A stretch of 63,108 bases of DNA, filler included, from Basidiobolus ranarum (taxonomy: Eukaryota), in NCBI GenBank assembly GCA_040143965.1. It is 8 parts of 8 records of this genome, joined end to end, with 100 filler letters (N's around TTAATTAATTAA, not from the genome) between each part and the next. Parts side by side here need not be neighbours in the genome. Positions count along the whole stretch, not along the records: positions 23,751 to 31,551 come from JASJQH010007936.1; positions 31,652 to 39,446 come from JASJQH010007937.1; 6 more parts are not named here. One strand, given 5' to 3'. The notes beneath the pieces were generated by a model. That model saw only the letters and a list, made by a program, of their open reading frames with translations. It was not told where the DNA came from and did not search any database. The position numbers were made by a program, and so were the translations under genes. Numbering within the stretch: position 1 is the first letter of the stretch; every line of letters starts with the position of its first letter. Below, piece by piece: positions 25,176 to 36,762 of this stretch.

Positions 25176-25349
25176 ATGAAATATCCCTCGGTTATATATT
25201 TGTTCCTCATTCTTAGTACCTCTATTACCAGGTCCAGGGCCTATCCAGAGGGCAATCCCGTTGAGAATACTGAGAATAAGCCATGCTCAGGTACAATCAA
25301 CCTGAACCTTGAATTCCTTGGACTTCCCATCAAAGCATGTCTTTTATAA
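25176..25349 (+). CDS. Small secreted peptide (57 aa) with C-terminal C-x17-C-LL module
   Basis: Signal-like MKYPSVIYLFLILSTSITRSRA. TATAAA ~45 bp upstream. The C-terminus is homologous to that of the next gene. Confidence 0.7.
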   Translation: MKYPSVIYLFLILSTSITRSRAYPEGNPVENTENKPCSGTINLNLEFLGLPIKACLL

Positions 25350-25634
25350 GATTAAAATGACGAAATCTCACCTACATCTGAGACGTAACATTTTGGTTTC
25401 ACACTAACCTAAGATAAACAAATCCATCTCGGTGGGTAGTGGAATAAAATCCATTCACAAACAACATGTTGAAATGGTGGTGCATTTGCATCCATGTAGA
25501 ATATTATCAATAAAGAAAACCAACGGAAGATTTCACTTATCAACCGGTACATTAATTCCTCTCTCTATATATATGGTACTCGATATTCCTAAAAATCATA
25601 CACTCTTTTCTTTATCGATCAATCCATATTGCAT

Positions 25635-27080
25635 ATGAAATTCACTACTACCACCACCATATCCATTATATTGGCATCTGGTATGGTACAATCAGCAGTG
25701 ATTGATTCTTCCCCCGAGCCTAGCAGAATGTCCATATCCATGGACAAGAGAGCACTGAGACCGATTCGTAGATCTCCATTAGAGAATGATTTCACTAAAT
25801 TCATGGGATTCTCTAGAAAAACCAAAGATATTTCAAGGAATGTTAGTAATTCTATGAGTAGAACCAAAGAAGCAATATCTACCAGAAAGCGTAGAAGACC
25901 TGATCCTACATACAGAAATGGTGGTCATAGAGGTGGTCATGATCGTAAATATCCAGGTATAATAGGTTCCGTTGGTAGAAGACCCCCTTCTGATATGCTC
26001 AATCTTCCTGGATCCAGAAACGATAGAGGTTCTGATAATTCTGGTAATAAGTCAACTGGTGATTTAGGAAAGAAATCCTCTAATGGAACTGGTGATGGAA
26101 GTCGTGGTAATAATAACCTCGGTAGTGGTCAACGTGGTGGCTCTAGTTCCAGTGGAAATGGTAACTCTGGAGGAAACAAGGATAATCGTGAACCAAAAGG
26201 CAGGACTGCCGCAAGAGATAATACCAATGGTAGTAAAAACTCCAAAAATTCCGACTCTAGAGATAATAATGCCAACAACAACCCAATGAATAATACTCCC
26301 AGTAATGGTCGTTCCAAAGACAATAATGGCTCGAAGGGTCGTGGTAATTCCGGAAAAGACTCCAAAGATAGTAAGAATTCGAAGGAGGGTGGTAATAGCT
26401 CTGGGAATGATCCTGACAGTCCCAAAAACACCAACCCTAAAAATAGCGGTAGCAACTCCCGGAATGGTTCGGACAGTCCAAAAGACAATGCTGGTTCTAA
26501 AGATACCAACCCCAAAGATGGTGGTAATAACTCTGGGAATGGTTCTGCTAATCCTAAAGATAATGGTGGTTCCAAAGATACTAATCCTAAAGATAGTGGT
26601 AGCAACCCAGGAAAAGGTTCCGATAGTCCTAAAGACAATGGTGGCTCCAAAGATGCCAATCCTAAAGATAGCGGTAGCAACTCTGGAAACGACAGTCCTA
26701 AAGATGCTAACCCTAAAGATAACAGTGGCAACTCAGGTAATGGTAATCCTAAAGATGGCGGTAATAACTCAGGCAATGGTGATGCTAAAGACGGCGGTAG
26801 TAACTCCGGCAATGGTGATCCTAAAGATGGCAGTAGTAACTCTGGAAATGGTGGCAACAATGCTGGAGACGGTGGAAATCCCCCAAAGGATAATAGCGGT
26901 GGAAACAGCTCAGACAACGGTGCCGAGAGTCCCAAAGATAGCAGTACTACTCCCTCCCCAACAACTACACCCACACCCACACCTACTCCTAGCAATGCGC
27001 CACCAGCAAATAACTGCAACCGTCTTATCAGCTTAAACGTCAATCTTCTTGGAATCCCTATTCGCGCTTGTTTACTGTGA
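25635..27080 (+). CDS. Secreted low-complexity repeat protein (481 aa; PKD/GSN repeats, PT linker, C-x17-C-LL tail)
   Basis: Long ORF with signal-like MKFTTTTTISIILASGMVQSA, dibasic sites, about a dozen PKD-containing G/S/N repeats and TPTPTPTP. TATATA upstream at ~25566. Confidence 0.85.
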   Translation: MKFTTTTTISIILASGMVQSAVIDSSPEPSRMSISMDKRALRPIRRSPLENDFTKFMGFSRKTKDISRNVSNSMSRTKEAISTRKRRRPDPTYRNGGHRGGHDRKYPGIIGSVGRRPPSDMLNLPGSRNDRGSDNSGNKSTGDLGKKSSNGTGDGSRGNNNLGSGQRGGSSSSGNGNSGGNKDNREPKGRTAARDNTNGSKNSKNSDSRDNNANNNPMNNTPSNGRSKDNNGSKGRGNSGKDSKDSKNSKEGGNSSGNDPDSPKNTNPKNSGSNSRNGSDSPKDNAGSKDTNPKDGGNNSGNGSANPKDNGGSKDTNPKDSGSNPGKGSDSPKDNGGSKDANPKDSGSNSGNDSPKDANPKDNSGNSGNGNPKDGGNNSGNGDAKDGGSNSGNGDPKDGSSNSGNGGNNAGDGGNPPKDNSGGNSSDNGAESPKDSSTTPSPTTTPTPTPTPSNAPPANNCNRLISLNVNLLGIPIRACLL

Positions 27081-27972
27081 TCATATCTAAAGTGTGATAC
27101 CTTCAACGCTAGGAATATAGAAATATCAATTGAATTGAAATATTAAGTAGATAGCTAGTTTACTTTTGTTTACCCATTCGGAAATAAATATACTCTAACA
27201 CAACAACACTAGGACGATTGCCATTGATCTGCAATTGTTACACTAGGGAATTTGTTTATTATGAGGCTTTGCTCAAGAGTGGGGGGTTAGGGTTGGCTGG
27301 ATTAAGTGCAGATTAAGTGGTGGTATTGCGTGGTGGTATATTGCGTTGAAATCAGTGACACCATAGAATGAGGCTTGTTGTATAACCAGGATTGGCTAGG
27401 ATTAGGGTTATATTTCAGATAATCTTCATCAAGATCACTAATTATATCGGTAATATTTAGGGTAGCTACAGGAACCACATATAGAGTGGGATGATTATAA
27501 GATTGCTTTCCCCACAGAGGATCTAAAATTGGGGCTGCCATTCCAAGCCTCACTTCTGTGCCACAATAATCCCCAAATATATCCAAATCTCTTTTAATGA
27601 CACATTCAGCCTCAATATAATGCTACTCGTAATTTTATTAGTAGGTTGAAATCAGAGTAACAATCAATAAATATATATAAAGAAATCGCGAGGCTGAAAG
27701 CCACAGGTTGATGAGATAACCCCATTTTCTTGTGCATCAGCTGTGGGGAATTGTAAAATTTAACAAGCGAAGGAGGACAAGGGTACAGGATTCAATGGTT
27801 TTGCCTTGACTGGTTAACCAGATACATGCCAAATTAGGAAAGTTCATGAAAAGTCCAGTGGGGGTGAAGTCAATACTTACTCGGAGCAGAAAAAAAAGAT
27901 GCCTTCTCATATCACATATTTTCTTCATCACCAACTCTGCTGCTTGACTTGTCATCATTCCCCTATTCTAAA

Positions 27973-29229
27973 ATGTTCCGTTCTGCACTTACCTCTGTTG
28001 CTAGAAGCACTGTTCAAGCTCAAAACCGAAAGCTCGCTTTGGGTGCTACCTGCAATGCTGGTAGACTTTTTGTCCAAGCTCGTTTCAATTCATCAGCTAC
28101 CAAGCAGGTACTTGGAATGTTATTAAAGAATCTGAGCCAACGATAGATCATTAACACTTTTAATTCAAAGATTACCGTTCGTGATGCCCTTAACTCAGCT
28201 TTGGACGAAGAATTATCTAGAGATGATAAGGTTTACCTTATGGGTGAAGAAGTTGCTCAATACAATGGTGCCTACAAGGTTTGTTTTCTATTATATATAG
28301 CGCTCTCTTTATTTATTCATTTCTTAATCATTGCTTTTGCTTGCGAATAGGTTTCCAAGGGTCTTCTCGATAAATTCGGTGCCAAGCGTGTGATTGATAC
28401 CCCTATTACTGAAGCCGGATTTGCCGGTATCGCCGTTGGTAGTGCCTTGAGTGGACTCAGACCTGTGGTCGAATTCATGACTTTCAACTTTGCTATGCAA
28501 GCTATTGATCATATCGTGAACTCAGCTGCCAAGACTCATTACATGTCTGGTGGCCAAGTCCAATGCCCTATTGTTTTCCGCGGTCCCAACGGTGCTGCTG
28601 CTGGTGTAGGTGCTCAACATTCCCAATGCTATGCTGCCTGGTATGGTTCCATCCCTGGTCTCAAGGTTATTTCTCCTTGGAACGCTGAGGATTGCAGAGG
28701 TCTCTTAAAGGCCGCCATCCGTGACCCCAATCCTGTCGTTTTCCTTGAAAATGAAATCATGTACGGTGCTTCCTTCGATATCTCCGAAGAGGCCCTTGGC
28801 AAAGATTTCGTCATTGAAATCGGTAAGGCTAAGATTGAACGTGAAGGTACTGATGTTACCTTGGTAGCTCACTCCAAGCCAGTTGGTGATGCTTTGGCTG
28901 CCGCTGAGCTCCTTGCCAAGGAAGGTATCAACGCTGAGGTTATCAACTTGCGTTCTATTCGTCCTTTGGATATTGACACCATTATCAAGTCCGTCAAGAA
29001 GACCAACCGTCTTATCACTGTTGAAGGTGGCTGGCCTCAATTCGGCGTTGGTTCTGAAATCTGCGCCCAAATTATGGAGTCTGAAGCTTTCGACTACCTT
29101 GATGCTCCTGTTGAGCGTATCACTGGTGCCGATGTCCCCATGCCTTATGCTAAGCCTTTAGAAGACCTTGCTCTTCCTACCACCGACATTATTGCACAAG
29201 TCGCCAAACGTGTCTTGAACAGAAAGTAG
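27973..29229 (+). CDS. PDB1: Pyruvate dehydrogenase E1 beta subunit; exons ~27973-28107, 28171-28278, 28351-29229
   Basis: Mitochondrial presequence, [56 protein letters not shown]. Confidence 0.97.
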
Positions 29230-29467
29230 AGATCCAATAGTGTCGATGCTGCATTTGCCTTCACATCCAATATCTAATCATCATTTAAACCACACAAATC
29301 AAATTCAGTTTTCAAACTCACCTTGCTTTCATGATCAACTTCGTTATATCCTTCCTTGAAGTCAAGTTGACTTTTAGACTCATGTATCATTTTCTTATTT
29401 TCAACCGCTACACATTTGAGTTGCAAATAAACTAATTATCATCCAAAGCTCATCCGTTTTTTATTCA

Positions 29468-29884
29468 TTAACTTTCATATTTCTCCGCAGCCGGCTCATT
29501 AAAGTCGGTGCGATCAAAGCCATATCCTTTGCCAACGCCGATCCCACCAGAACCACTACCTCCAATATCACCATCACCCTTGAAATTGAAGCCACGCTCC
29601 AAGGTACTGCTTCCCTTAGCTCCAAATCTTCCTTTGATCCCACCTCCGAGTCCTGGGATGAACTTACTTTTATACCCACCATTACCGGATCCACCAATAG
29701 ATCCTTCTAGACTACCAGTACCATTTTCCTTAACATATTGGTATGCCTTCCGAAACAATCCACCAATAAACGATCCATCCACAGTTTCCATATCCCCAGC
29801 GTTCTCTGTGATCCCTTGTGGGAATGCGAGAGCAACTTGGCTAATTGCGACAGCAGCAAGAACGATGGCGGCAATGGATCTCAT
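29468..29884 (-). CDS. Secreted glycine-rich protein, copy A (138 aa)
   Basis: Signal MRSIAAIVLAAVAISQVALA, acidic ENAG segment, Gly-rich body. Similar to the divergently transcribed neighbour. Confidence 0.75.
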   Translation of the reverse strand: MRSIAAIVLAAVAISQVALAFPQGITENAGDMETVDGSFIGGLFRKAYQYVKENGTGSLEGSIGGSGNGGYKSKFIPGLGGGIKGRFGAKGSSTLERGFNFKGDGDIGGSGSGGIGVGKGYGFDRTDFNEPAAEKYES

Positions 29885-30238
29885 ACTATGAATGGATTTG
29901 GTGAAAGCAGGTCTAAGGAAACGGATCAATGATGCTTACGTAGTGAGGATAGAGAGAATATCTTGCGGATAAACTACTTATATATAATCTACCTATACTT
30001 AAAACTTCAAGGGGTTTCAAGAATACATGAAATATGCAAAGATTAAATCCTTTGGGAATGTATGACAAAGGGGAGTGTTTCATTTCGAAACAGTTTCAAT
30101 GCACATCAAATCCTCAAACAGTAGGAAATATTCCATCATCGGTGTCATTACGATACCTTCTAAGCTCTTTAAAAGAACCTCGTTTGACTCACTAGAATAC
30201 TCACCCTTCCTTTCTCTACTCACCATCCCACTATCATC

Positions 30239-30853
30239 ATGAAATTCATCCTCGCCACCGGTCTCTTTGCCTTGTCTGCTAGCCAAATCGCTTTCGCTGA
30301 AAACGCTGGCTTGAATGAAGGTGCTGAGGACGTTAATGCTCGTGAAGAGCTTAGCCTTGGTGGTGTTGCTGGATATCTTGGTAATAAGATAGCTCATGGA
30401 GTTGGTAGTGGAATTGGACACGTCTTTGATGGCTCTGGCATCGGTGGTACCTTCGGTGGTCGTGGTCACGGTGGATTCCGCGGTGACTTCGACAACGGTT
30501 TCGGAGCTGGAGGCTCTGGCAACTTCCGTGGCAGAGGAGCCGGTAACTTCAGAGATATCCTAGGTGGTGAGATCAAGGGTGGAGGTAAGGGGTCCGGAGG
30601 AGTAGGATTCGGTAACAAGTACCGAGGTGGATTAAAGGTCGCCAGTCCTGAACTCGGTTACAAGATTGATGACTATAATGAGGGTCTTGAGTGGGCTGAT
30701 GATTATGCTGGCGGTCGTGGTGGTCGTGGAGGTCGTGGTGGCCGTGGAGGTCGTGGACCTATTGTTGGACAAGACGAGAGTTCTTGGACTCCTGAGCATC
30801 TCCGTGAACCAGTTGCAGCTTATGACGATGCCGCTCCTGTAGCCGAATACTAA
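30239..30853 (+). CDS. Secreted glycine/RGG-rich protein, copy B (204 aa)
   Basis: Signal MKFILATGLFALSASQIAFA, ENAG acidic segment, GGRGGRGGRGGRG tract. Codon usage resembles PDB1. Confidence 0.82.
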   Translation: MKFILATGLFALSASQIAFAENAGLNEGAEDVNAREELSLGGVAGYLGNKIAHGVGSGIGHVFDGSGIGGTFGGRGHGGFRGDFDNGFGAGGSGNFRGRGAGNFRDILGGEIKGGGKGSGGVGFGNKYRGGLKVASPELGYKIDDYNEGLEWADDYAGGRGGRGGRGGRGGRGPIVGQDESSWTPEHLREPVAAYDDAAPVAEY

Positions 30854-31415
30854 AAACATCAAACCTGTTTGATAGGCAATTGTTTATTGTTAAACGAATC
30901 ATACTCTCTTGCCAATAAAGCTCATTTCAAAACACATAGTTTGAATTCACAATTACTAGTTAAATATTAACAGGTCTTACTGTATGTAACTATCGATAAT
31001 GATATGGGAAACAGTTTAAAGTAAGCAAAGCATAAAAAATAATACGCTCTGCTGCTTCTAAGCAGGTAATACTACATACTATGAACCTTGAATTGTGTAT
31101 TGATAATCGAAAAACATGTCAAATAATCAGGTTTAAGTTTGGCCAGATAATTTCTTCTCTTTAGATTAATATGTAAGGGTGGATATTTATCACTAAACGC
31201 AAGATCTATACTTGTCGACTCAGACATTCTTGATTATCAATTTTCATTTCAAAATAATTCTATCACAACAGGTTTTTCTATTCATGCATAGAATTATATA
31301 CCAACTTAAAGAGGATTTAAACATAGATAATCAGACTTATTATTTTGAGTATATTCAGAAGATCAATGAAGAGTTTATTTAAGATGGATTGTATCATTCT
31401 TGATAAAACTTCTAC

Positions 31416-31551
31416 CTATTCTTCGGCTTCAGGGGCAGAAGCATATGCAACAGCGGGCTCATAGCCACCACGACCGCCACGTCCACCGCGACCTCCACGG
31501 CCACCACGACCGCCAGCATAATCATCAGCCCACTCAAGACCCTCATTATAG
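31416..31551 (-). CDS. Glycine/RGG-rich protein, copy C, 3' end only (cut by contig end)
   Basis: Minus strand reads YNEGLEWADDYAGGRGGRGGRGGRGGRGGYEPAVAYASAPEAEE*, paralogous to copy B. Absent from the ORF track. Confidence 0.8.
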
Positions 31552-31651
31552 NNNNNNNNNNNNNNNNNNNNNNNNNNNNNNNNNNNNNNNNNNNNTTAAT
31601 TAATTAANNNNNNNNNNNNNNNNNNNNNNNNNNNNNNNNNNNNNNNNNNNN
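31552..31651. other. Artificial contig linker
   Basis: N44-TTAATTAATTAA-N44. Confidence 0.98.
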
Positions 31652-33120
31652 CAAGTCGCAAATAATTCCTGATGAAAACAGTTAATTTCCACAGAGAAAG
31701 ATGAGGTGCTTTCCCGAGATTCGAGGCACTTGATCGAGGCATAGTCGGAATCTAGAACTCGTAGTAAATGAAAGCTGCTAAGATGATGCCTTTGGAAATC
31801 TCTGCTAATTGGTTACCAAAAAGTAGTTTCCATATTCTAATCGATTTGAACGTAAGTTGGTAGGGTTAGGGTTTGGTAAATCAAGCTATTTTGAATTAAA
31901 AAACATTCGCTTCATACAACACCTCGATATATTATTTTCATAGATTACCGACCTTCCAGAATATAAATCATGGCATGGCACAATTTTCACGCAAATAAAC
32001 GGACTCTAATTGGATGCCTTTTACGGGAAAAAAACTTTCTATCTTAGCATGGTCGAATATATATATCATATTTATACTGTATGGCAAAAACTTCTTAATG
32101 TTCCGCAATTTATTTATTGAACACTAAAGTTACCCAGAATATTTCGCGTTCCCAGATTGAATTTACTACCCTGAATTATACCGCCCTTCGACGATACCGG
32201 TAGTGGTATTCAAATACCCCTACGTCCCTGAAAGTGATCTTTAGTGAGAATATTAAGGATTAATTATTTTGAAGCAGGAGTGATTTTACACGGATCAGGA
32301 TACCTTGACCTTTAATTACTTTCAGGAATAACTCCTCTCTTGCTCAGCAGACACCTTTGCAACTTTCGGAAAGTTAAAATCCTATGGAATGGATGCTGCA
32401 TGCACACTCCATCCTGGAGGTTAAGCAGAGCAGTTGCTCGAAGCGTATACATGCAACAGTCCGGATTAGCTCAAGTTGAAGTTCAGGTTTTCTATAGTTT
32501 CGCTTTACATCTGCACAATACATACAGGTTACTATTGCGAATCAAAACATGAAGTCACATCAAACTGAGTTGAATGCTATTCGTAGACAGTCAGCACTTG
32601 CACATCATGTGCGGACATATTCATCACAATCCGGTCTTTGATCACGAGTGATTGAGGCCAACCATTTAGTTCTACTTGAGAACACTATGTTCAAGTCTCG
32701 TGAGGGAACAAAGTGAATACTGCCATATTTAACTTGGTTTCGCTGATCTTCTGGGAAAACCTATCATGTTGTATTAGTGCTTATTATGTGAGTATGTGTG
32801 TGAACAAGCTTATATTATATGGTAACGCAAGGTGATTGGGGTGCCTCTATAGGACCCTAGTATCTTCGACATGTGACAGTTTGCCCTGTGTAAAACCTTG
32901 TTCTTCACATGATTACCTTAATGACATCAGTCAAGTAGTGCAAATTACATTAAAAAACGTAAATTTCTCGTTGCGTGATAAGTAATCTAACCTTCGAGGA
33001 TGATTGATAATGAACAAATGTGGTTCAGATTTAAGCAGAATTTTACACTTCTTTGGTGGTGATTGTACCCCAAATCGCTCAATTCGGCGCATATTTAAGG
33101 TTAGTGTGAGGGTTTATAAA

Positions 33121-33222
33121 TCTGGCACAACTACGAGTGCTCTATACATGTATATCCGGGACAACTATGAATGCTCTACATGTATATCCGGCACAACTAT
33201 GAATGCTCTACATATACATCTG
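33121..33222. repeat. Minisatellite, three copies of ~32-34 bp
   Basis: Unit close to tccggcacaactatgaatgctctacatgtata, repeated head to tail with small variations. Confidence 0.8.
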
Positions 33223-33425
33223 ACCCAGCTATAAGAATGCTAGGTGGATTTCATTTTGGTTCCGACTATCTTATCTTGTTCAATCATCATCCACAAACAT
33301 TTTCTATCAGAGTAGTTTTTGGACATGATTTATTAGCTAATAATGGTATGAAATCGAATATCTGAATTTATGGACAATTAACTGGAAAAAGATAATGAAA
33401 ATGATGAACTGTAAATTTACAAGTA

Positions 33426-34756
33426 TTATTTATCTGGACATACAAAATCACCTCGCCATTGGACTCTTGATTTTTTCCCCAACCAGCTAAGAGGAGGTGC
33501 AGATATAGTATTGACAAATCGTAATATCATTGAGTTCTTGTGTGGCAGGCGTAAAAGATCCGGATCACAAGCAAAAACAAGTGCGGTCCAGGTATCATCG
33601 TTTGGCATTTGCTGAGAGTAGCTTATGTTAAATGGTATGGTGACAAATGTTACTCTACTGCTAGCAAGATGGATGTTGTGAGCCGTAGTTTGTCCCAATG
33701 AATTCGAGCCGTCTATGAAATAGGCCTAGGGATAAGCAATGTTATTGTTAGTAGAGTAGATATCAGTTGTTTTACGTTGCTAACTATCACATACATTGAT
33801 GTCGAGGTTTGAGACAGTAACGGGGTATTGATTGTAATTATCGAAACCAATTGTCAAAGATGTGCTGATGTTGAAGGTGGGAGGCGATTTCTTTAAATCC
33901 GAAGCTATCGGCCCACTAAGTACTTGTATGGAAGAGATGTAGGTTGAAGGAACTTTGGGATAGAATATGCAGAAAAGAACCAGCAGTGCAAGACCTATTA
34001 TGAAACTTATACCCACGCAAAATTTCTTAGACCAAGGAATAAAACCACAAGGTGTTCTCCTTCGCGTGTGCCGTTTACTCTTTCTTTCATAATCAAATAC
34101 TTCTACAAATTCACAGGAGTCTCTACTGTCGCCAAATCCTGGGGGGAGTTTTCTTATAGATTGGCTCCGAGTGCTATTGATTTCTTTTAAAGGGATAACG
34201 ACTGAAGATTCTGCAACGGAGCTATTTGTTAAACTCCTGATATATGTATTTTGAGTATCTTGGCTTTTGACACTTTTGTTATCCAACTTTGGGTCTATAT
34301 AGTTCGAGGTCCCACTTTCAAAAGGGTTCTCATCCTCTTCCGAATAGCTGGGGGCTCTTATGTGTTTACGCATTTGAGTGTCGGAATTCGTAGATGAGGT
34401 GGTGTTATAGGACCTAATACTGCTAGGAACTGATCTATACGAAGCGGGGGGTTGATTCTGTTGGTGCCATCGGCTTCGAGACGAGTGGGATGTCTCCTTA
34501 TACTGTGGGGATATGCTTAAATCTAAAAGCCCATTAGAACATTGGAGGGGAACGTGGAATGTAGGAGAAATGATATACCTGGTTCAGCCAAACGCACGTC
34601 TCTCTTATGTTGTTTATATGAAGAAGAATCGGAATCAAACTCAGTGGAGAAGGGACTTTCTGGTGTATTTGGACTTGATTGAGAGCTGGAGCCTCCTCGA
34701 TTGAATGCCCTTTCAGCATACTGTTTGTGAGATATTGGCTTGAAAGGTTTAGACAT
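33426..34756 (-). CDS. Single-pass type II membrane protein with LEA_2-like domain, three exons
   Basis: Ser-rich disordered N-terminus, TM segment CVGISFIIGLALLVLFCIFYP, then a beta-rich region with FDNYNQYPV. GT-AG introns at ~34578-34523 and ~33794-33727 join ORFs 34523-34756, 33780-34373 and 33426-33698. Confidence 0.65.
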
Positions 34757-35451
34757 TGTGGCTTTATCACGGTAAGTTCGCGCTTTTGTCTAGACTTGAA
34801 CTTTATCGTGGACACTATAGGATATAGCACGAAGTTTAGCTGTCAGAGGTAGCCAAGGACCCTAACTGTTTTGCTAACACCAAAGCAAAGCCCTAAATTA
34901 AAAAACACAAAAAAGGCTCTAAGAGCTGAGTCTGATTCGTTTATTAGTATTGGAATGGAAAACATATGGGATCTTTAATCGGCCTTGCGTGCAACTTATG
35001 GTCAAAGAGGTATTTTTAGCACCTAGAGTGTGGTTCTTATTGGAAAGTTCATGATTTCCGATCCTTGATAGGCCATATCGGACAATGTTTTTGTCGAGAT
35101 AAACCATATTTGAGAGGAGTCCGAATTGCTAGTATTGAAAACAAAATCTGGTATATAATCGTATGTTCTGGTCTCTGTGCATAAATTCTTGATGGTTAAA
35201 CAGATAACATTTACATTCATTAAGAGATTACTTATCCAGAATGATGGGTGTAAGTGTTCCCTAGTACAAAAAAAGCTTCTTTAAAACTGTCCCAATCAAA
35301 CTCGAGTAGTTGACACTAGTAAATCTGGTCCGAAATGCTTCCCTATTAAATTCATATTGATTTAACATTTAATTGCGTTTCTTGTCATTACGTATAAATA
35401 ATTTTCCTGTAACGTTTAAAGGAGAATACGACCCTTAGATTCTTCTTGCCG

Positions 35452-36762
35452 ATGGTTGAGTTTAGACATAGAAAGTCGAAGATGCAAGCAGAGGAATCCA
35501 TTCCTTTTGTTTCCTTGGATAGCAAAGACTCTGAGGTCTCTTCATTTTTGTTGAATTTCAGCGAGTTACCGAAATGGTTGAAAGATAACAACTATATATT
35601 AACGGGTTATCGCTCTCCAACCTTCTCATATCGAAAATGTGCCGAATCTCTGTTGTATATTCATAATCAAACAGGAAACATTTACTCTCATCTACTGGGT
35701 GCTGCTCTATTCTTTGGTATAGCTATTTTTACTAGAGTCCATGTTCTTTCCCAATTTGAAACAACTCATTGGTCCGATATTGCCGTCATGTACATCTTCA
35801 TGTTTGGAGCCATATCCTGTCTGTGCTTTTCGACTCTTTTCCATACGTTTATATGTCATTCGGAAAGGGTATAATTAAGCATCTATCGAAATGTTTCGCG
35901 AACTGCCACTTAACTACGTACATGTATAGGTGTCTGTTAATTGGAACCGGTGTGATTATGTTGGAATTGTATTTTTAATTGTGTACGTATTTTTTGCCAT
36001 GGACCTCCAATGACTTCCTCTAACGCCGAGATTTTCATTGTAGAGGGTCGTACTTCCCAGCCGTTAATTACGGTAAATGAACTCAACGTTCAGTCTATTG
36101 TTTACTTCAAAAACTAAACGCTATAAAGCCTTCTACTGCTCCAACAAGTGGAAGATGGTATATCTATCCTTCATCGTTATTTTTGGAACTGCGACTGTAA
36201 GAAAGTACATCAATTGATCGAACTATCCGTTCAAGTTATTAATCCAGTGTTTTTATTCTTCTTTTTAAGGCAATCATGAGCATAGCTAGAAGGTTCGGTA
36301 CACCTGAATATCGCTGGATCAGAACTAACTTATTCCTTGCTATGGGGCTATCTGGTATATGTCCTCTTGGTCATGCTCTATGGATCAACGGGGTAAGCCG
36401 TGCATTAGAGTATCCAAGATATTGAGATTCTAATAGCTTTTCTTTGACAAAGTGGGCGGTTGCTGTCGAGAAACTCTCCCTCCTGTGGTTCGGTTCTATG
36501 GGTCTTATTTATGTCTGTGGCGCACTTATTTACGCTAGTCGGTTAGTTGTCTCGATGCTAAATCCTACATGAAGATACATTTCTTACGCAGTTTCGAGTT
36601 GTTAGAGTGCCAGAAAGATGGTTCCCAGGCAAGTTCGATTACTGGGGGCATTCCCATCAAATCTTTCACCTTTGCGTGGTGGTCGCAACCACTCTCCACT
36701 ATATTGGTGTCGTTAAAGCATATAGATGGAACCACCTTGAAAACCATAGTTGTCTCCAGTAA
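35452..36762 (+). CDS. PAQR/HlyIII family adiponectin-receptor-like protein (IZH-like), many introns
   Basis: LPKWLKDNNYILTGYR, HNQTGNIYSHLLG, STLFHTFICHS, DYVGI and PERWFPGKFDYWGHSHQIFH motifs. Confidence 0.93.

Noticed and set aside
25335-25349. C-terminal ACLL as a CaaX prenylation signal (pheromone-like)
   Set aside because: Cys is third from the end rather than fourth, and the proteins appear to have signal peptides.
26390-26950. Kex2-processed repeat (RiPP/KEP) precursor
   Set aside because: The repeat units are not separated by KR/RR sites and no tailoring enzyme lies on the contig.
26129-27106. 325-aa minus-strand and 243-aa alternative-frame ORFs
   Set aside because: Shadow ORFs of the low-complexity repeat gene.
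27302-27586. 94-aa minus-strand ORF between the repeat gene and PDB1
   Set aside because: TTG start and no recognisable motif; cannot support a call.
31400-31603. His/Arg-rich plus-strand ORF
   Set aside because: Antisense shadow of the GGR-repeat copy C, and it runs into the linker.
33121-33222. CRISPR-like ~32-bp repeats
   Set aside because: No unique spacers, no cas genes, eukaryotic context.
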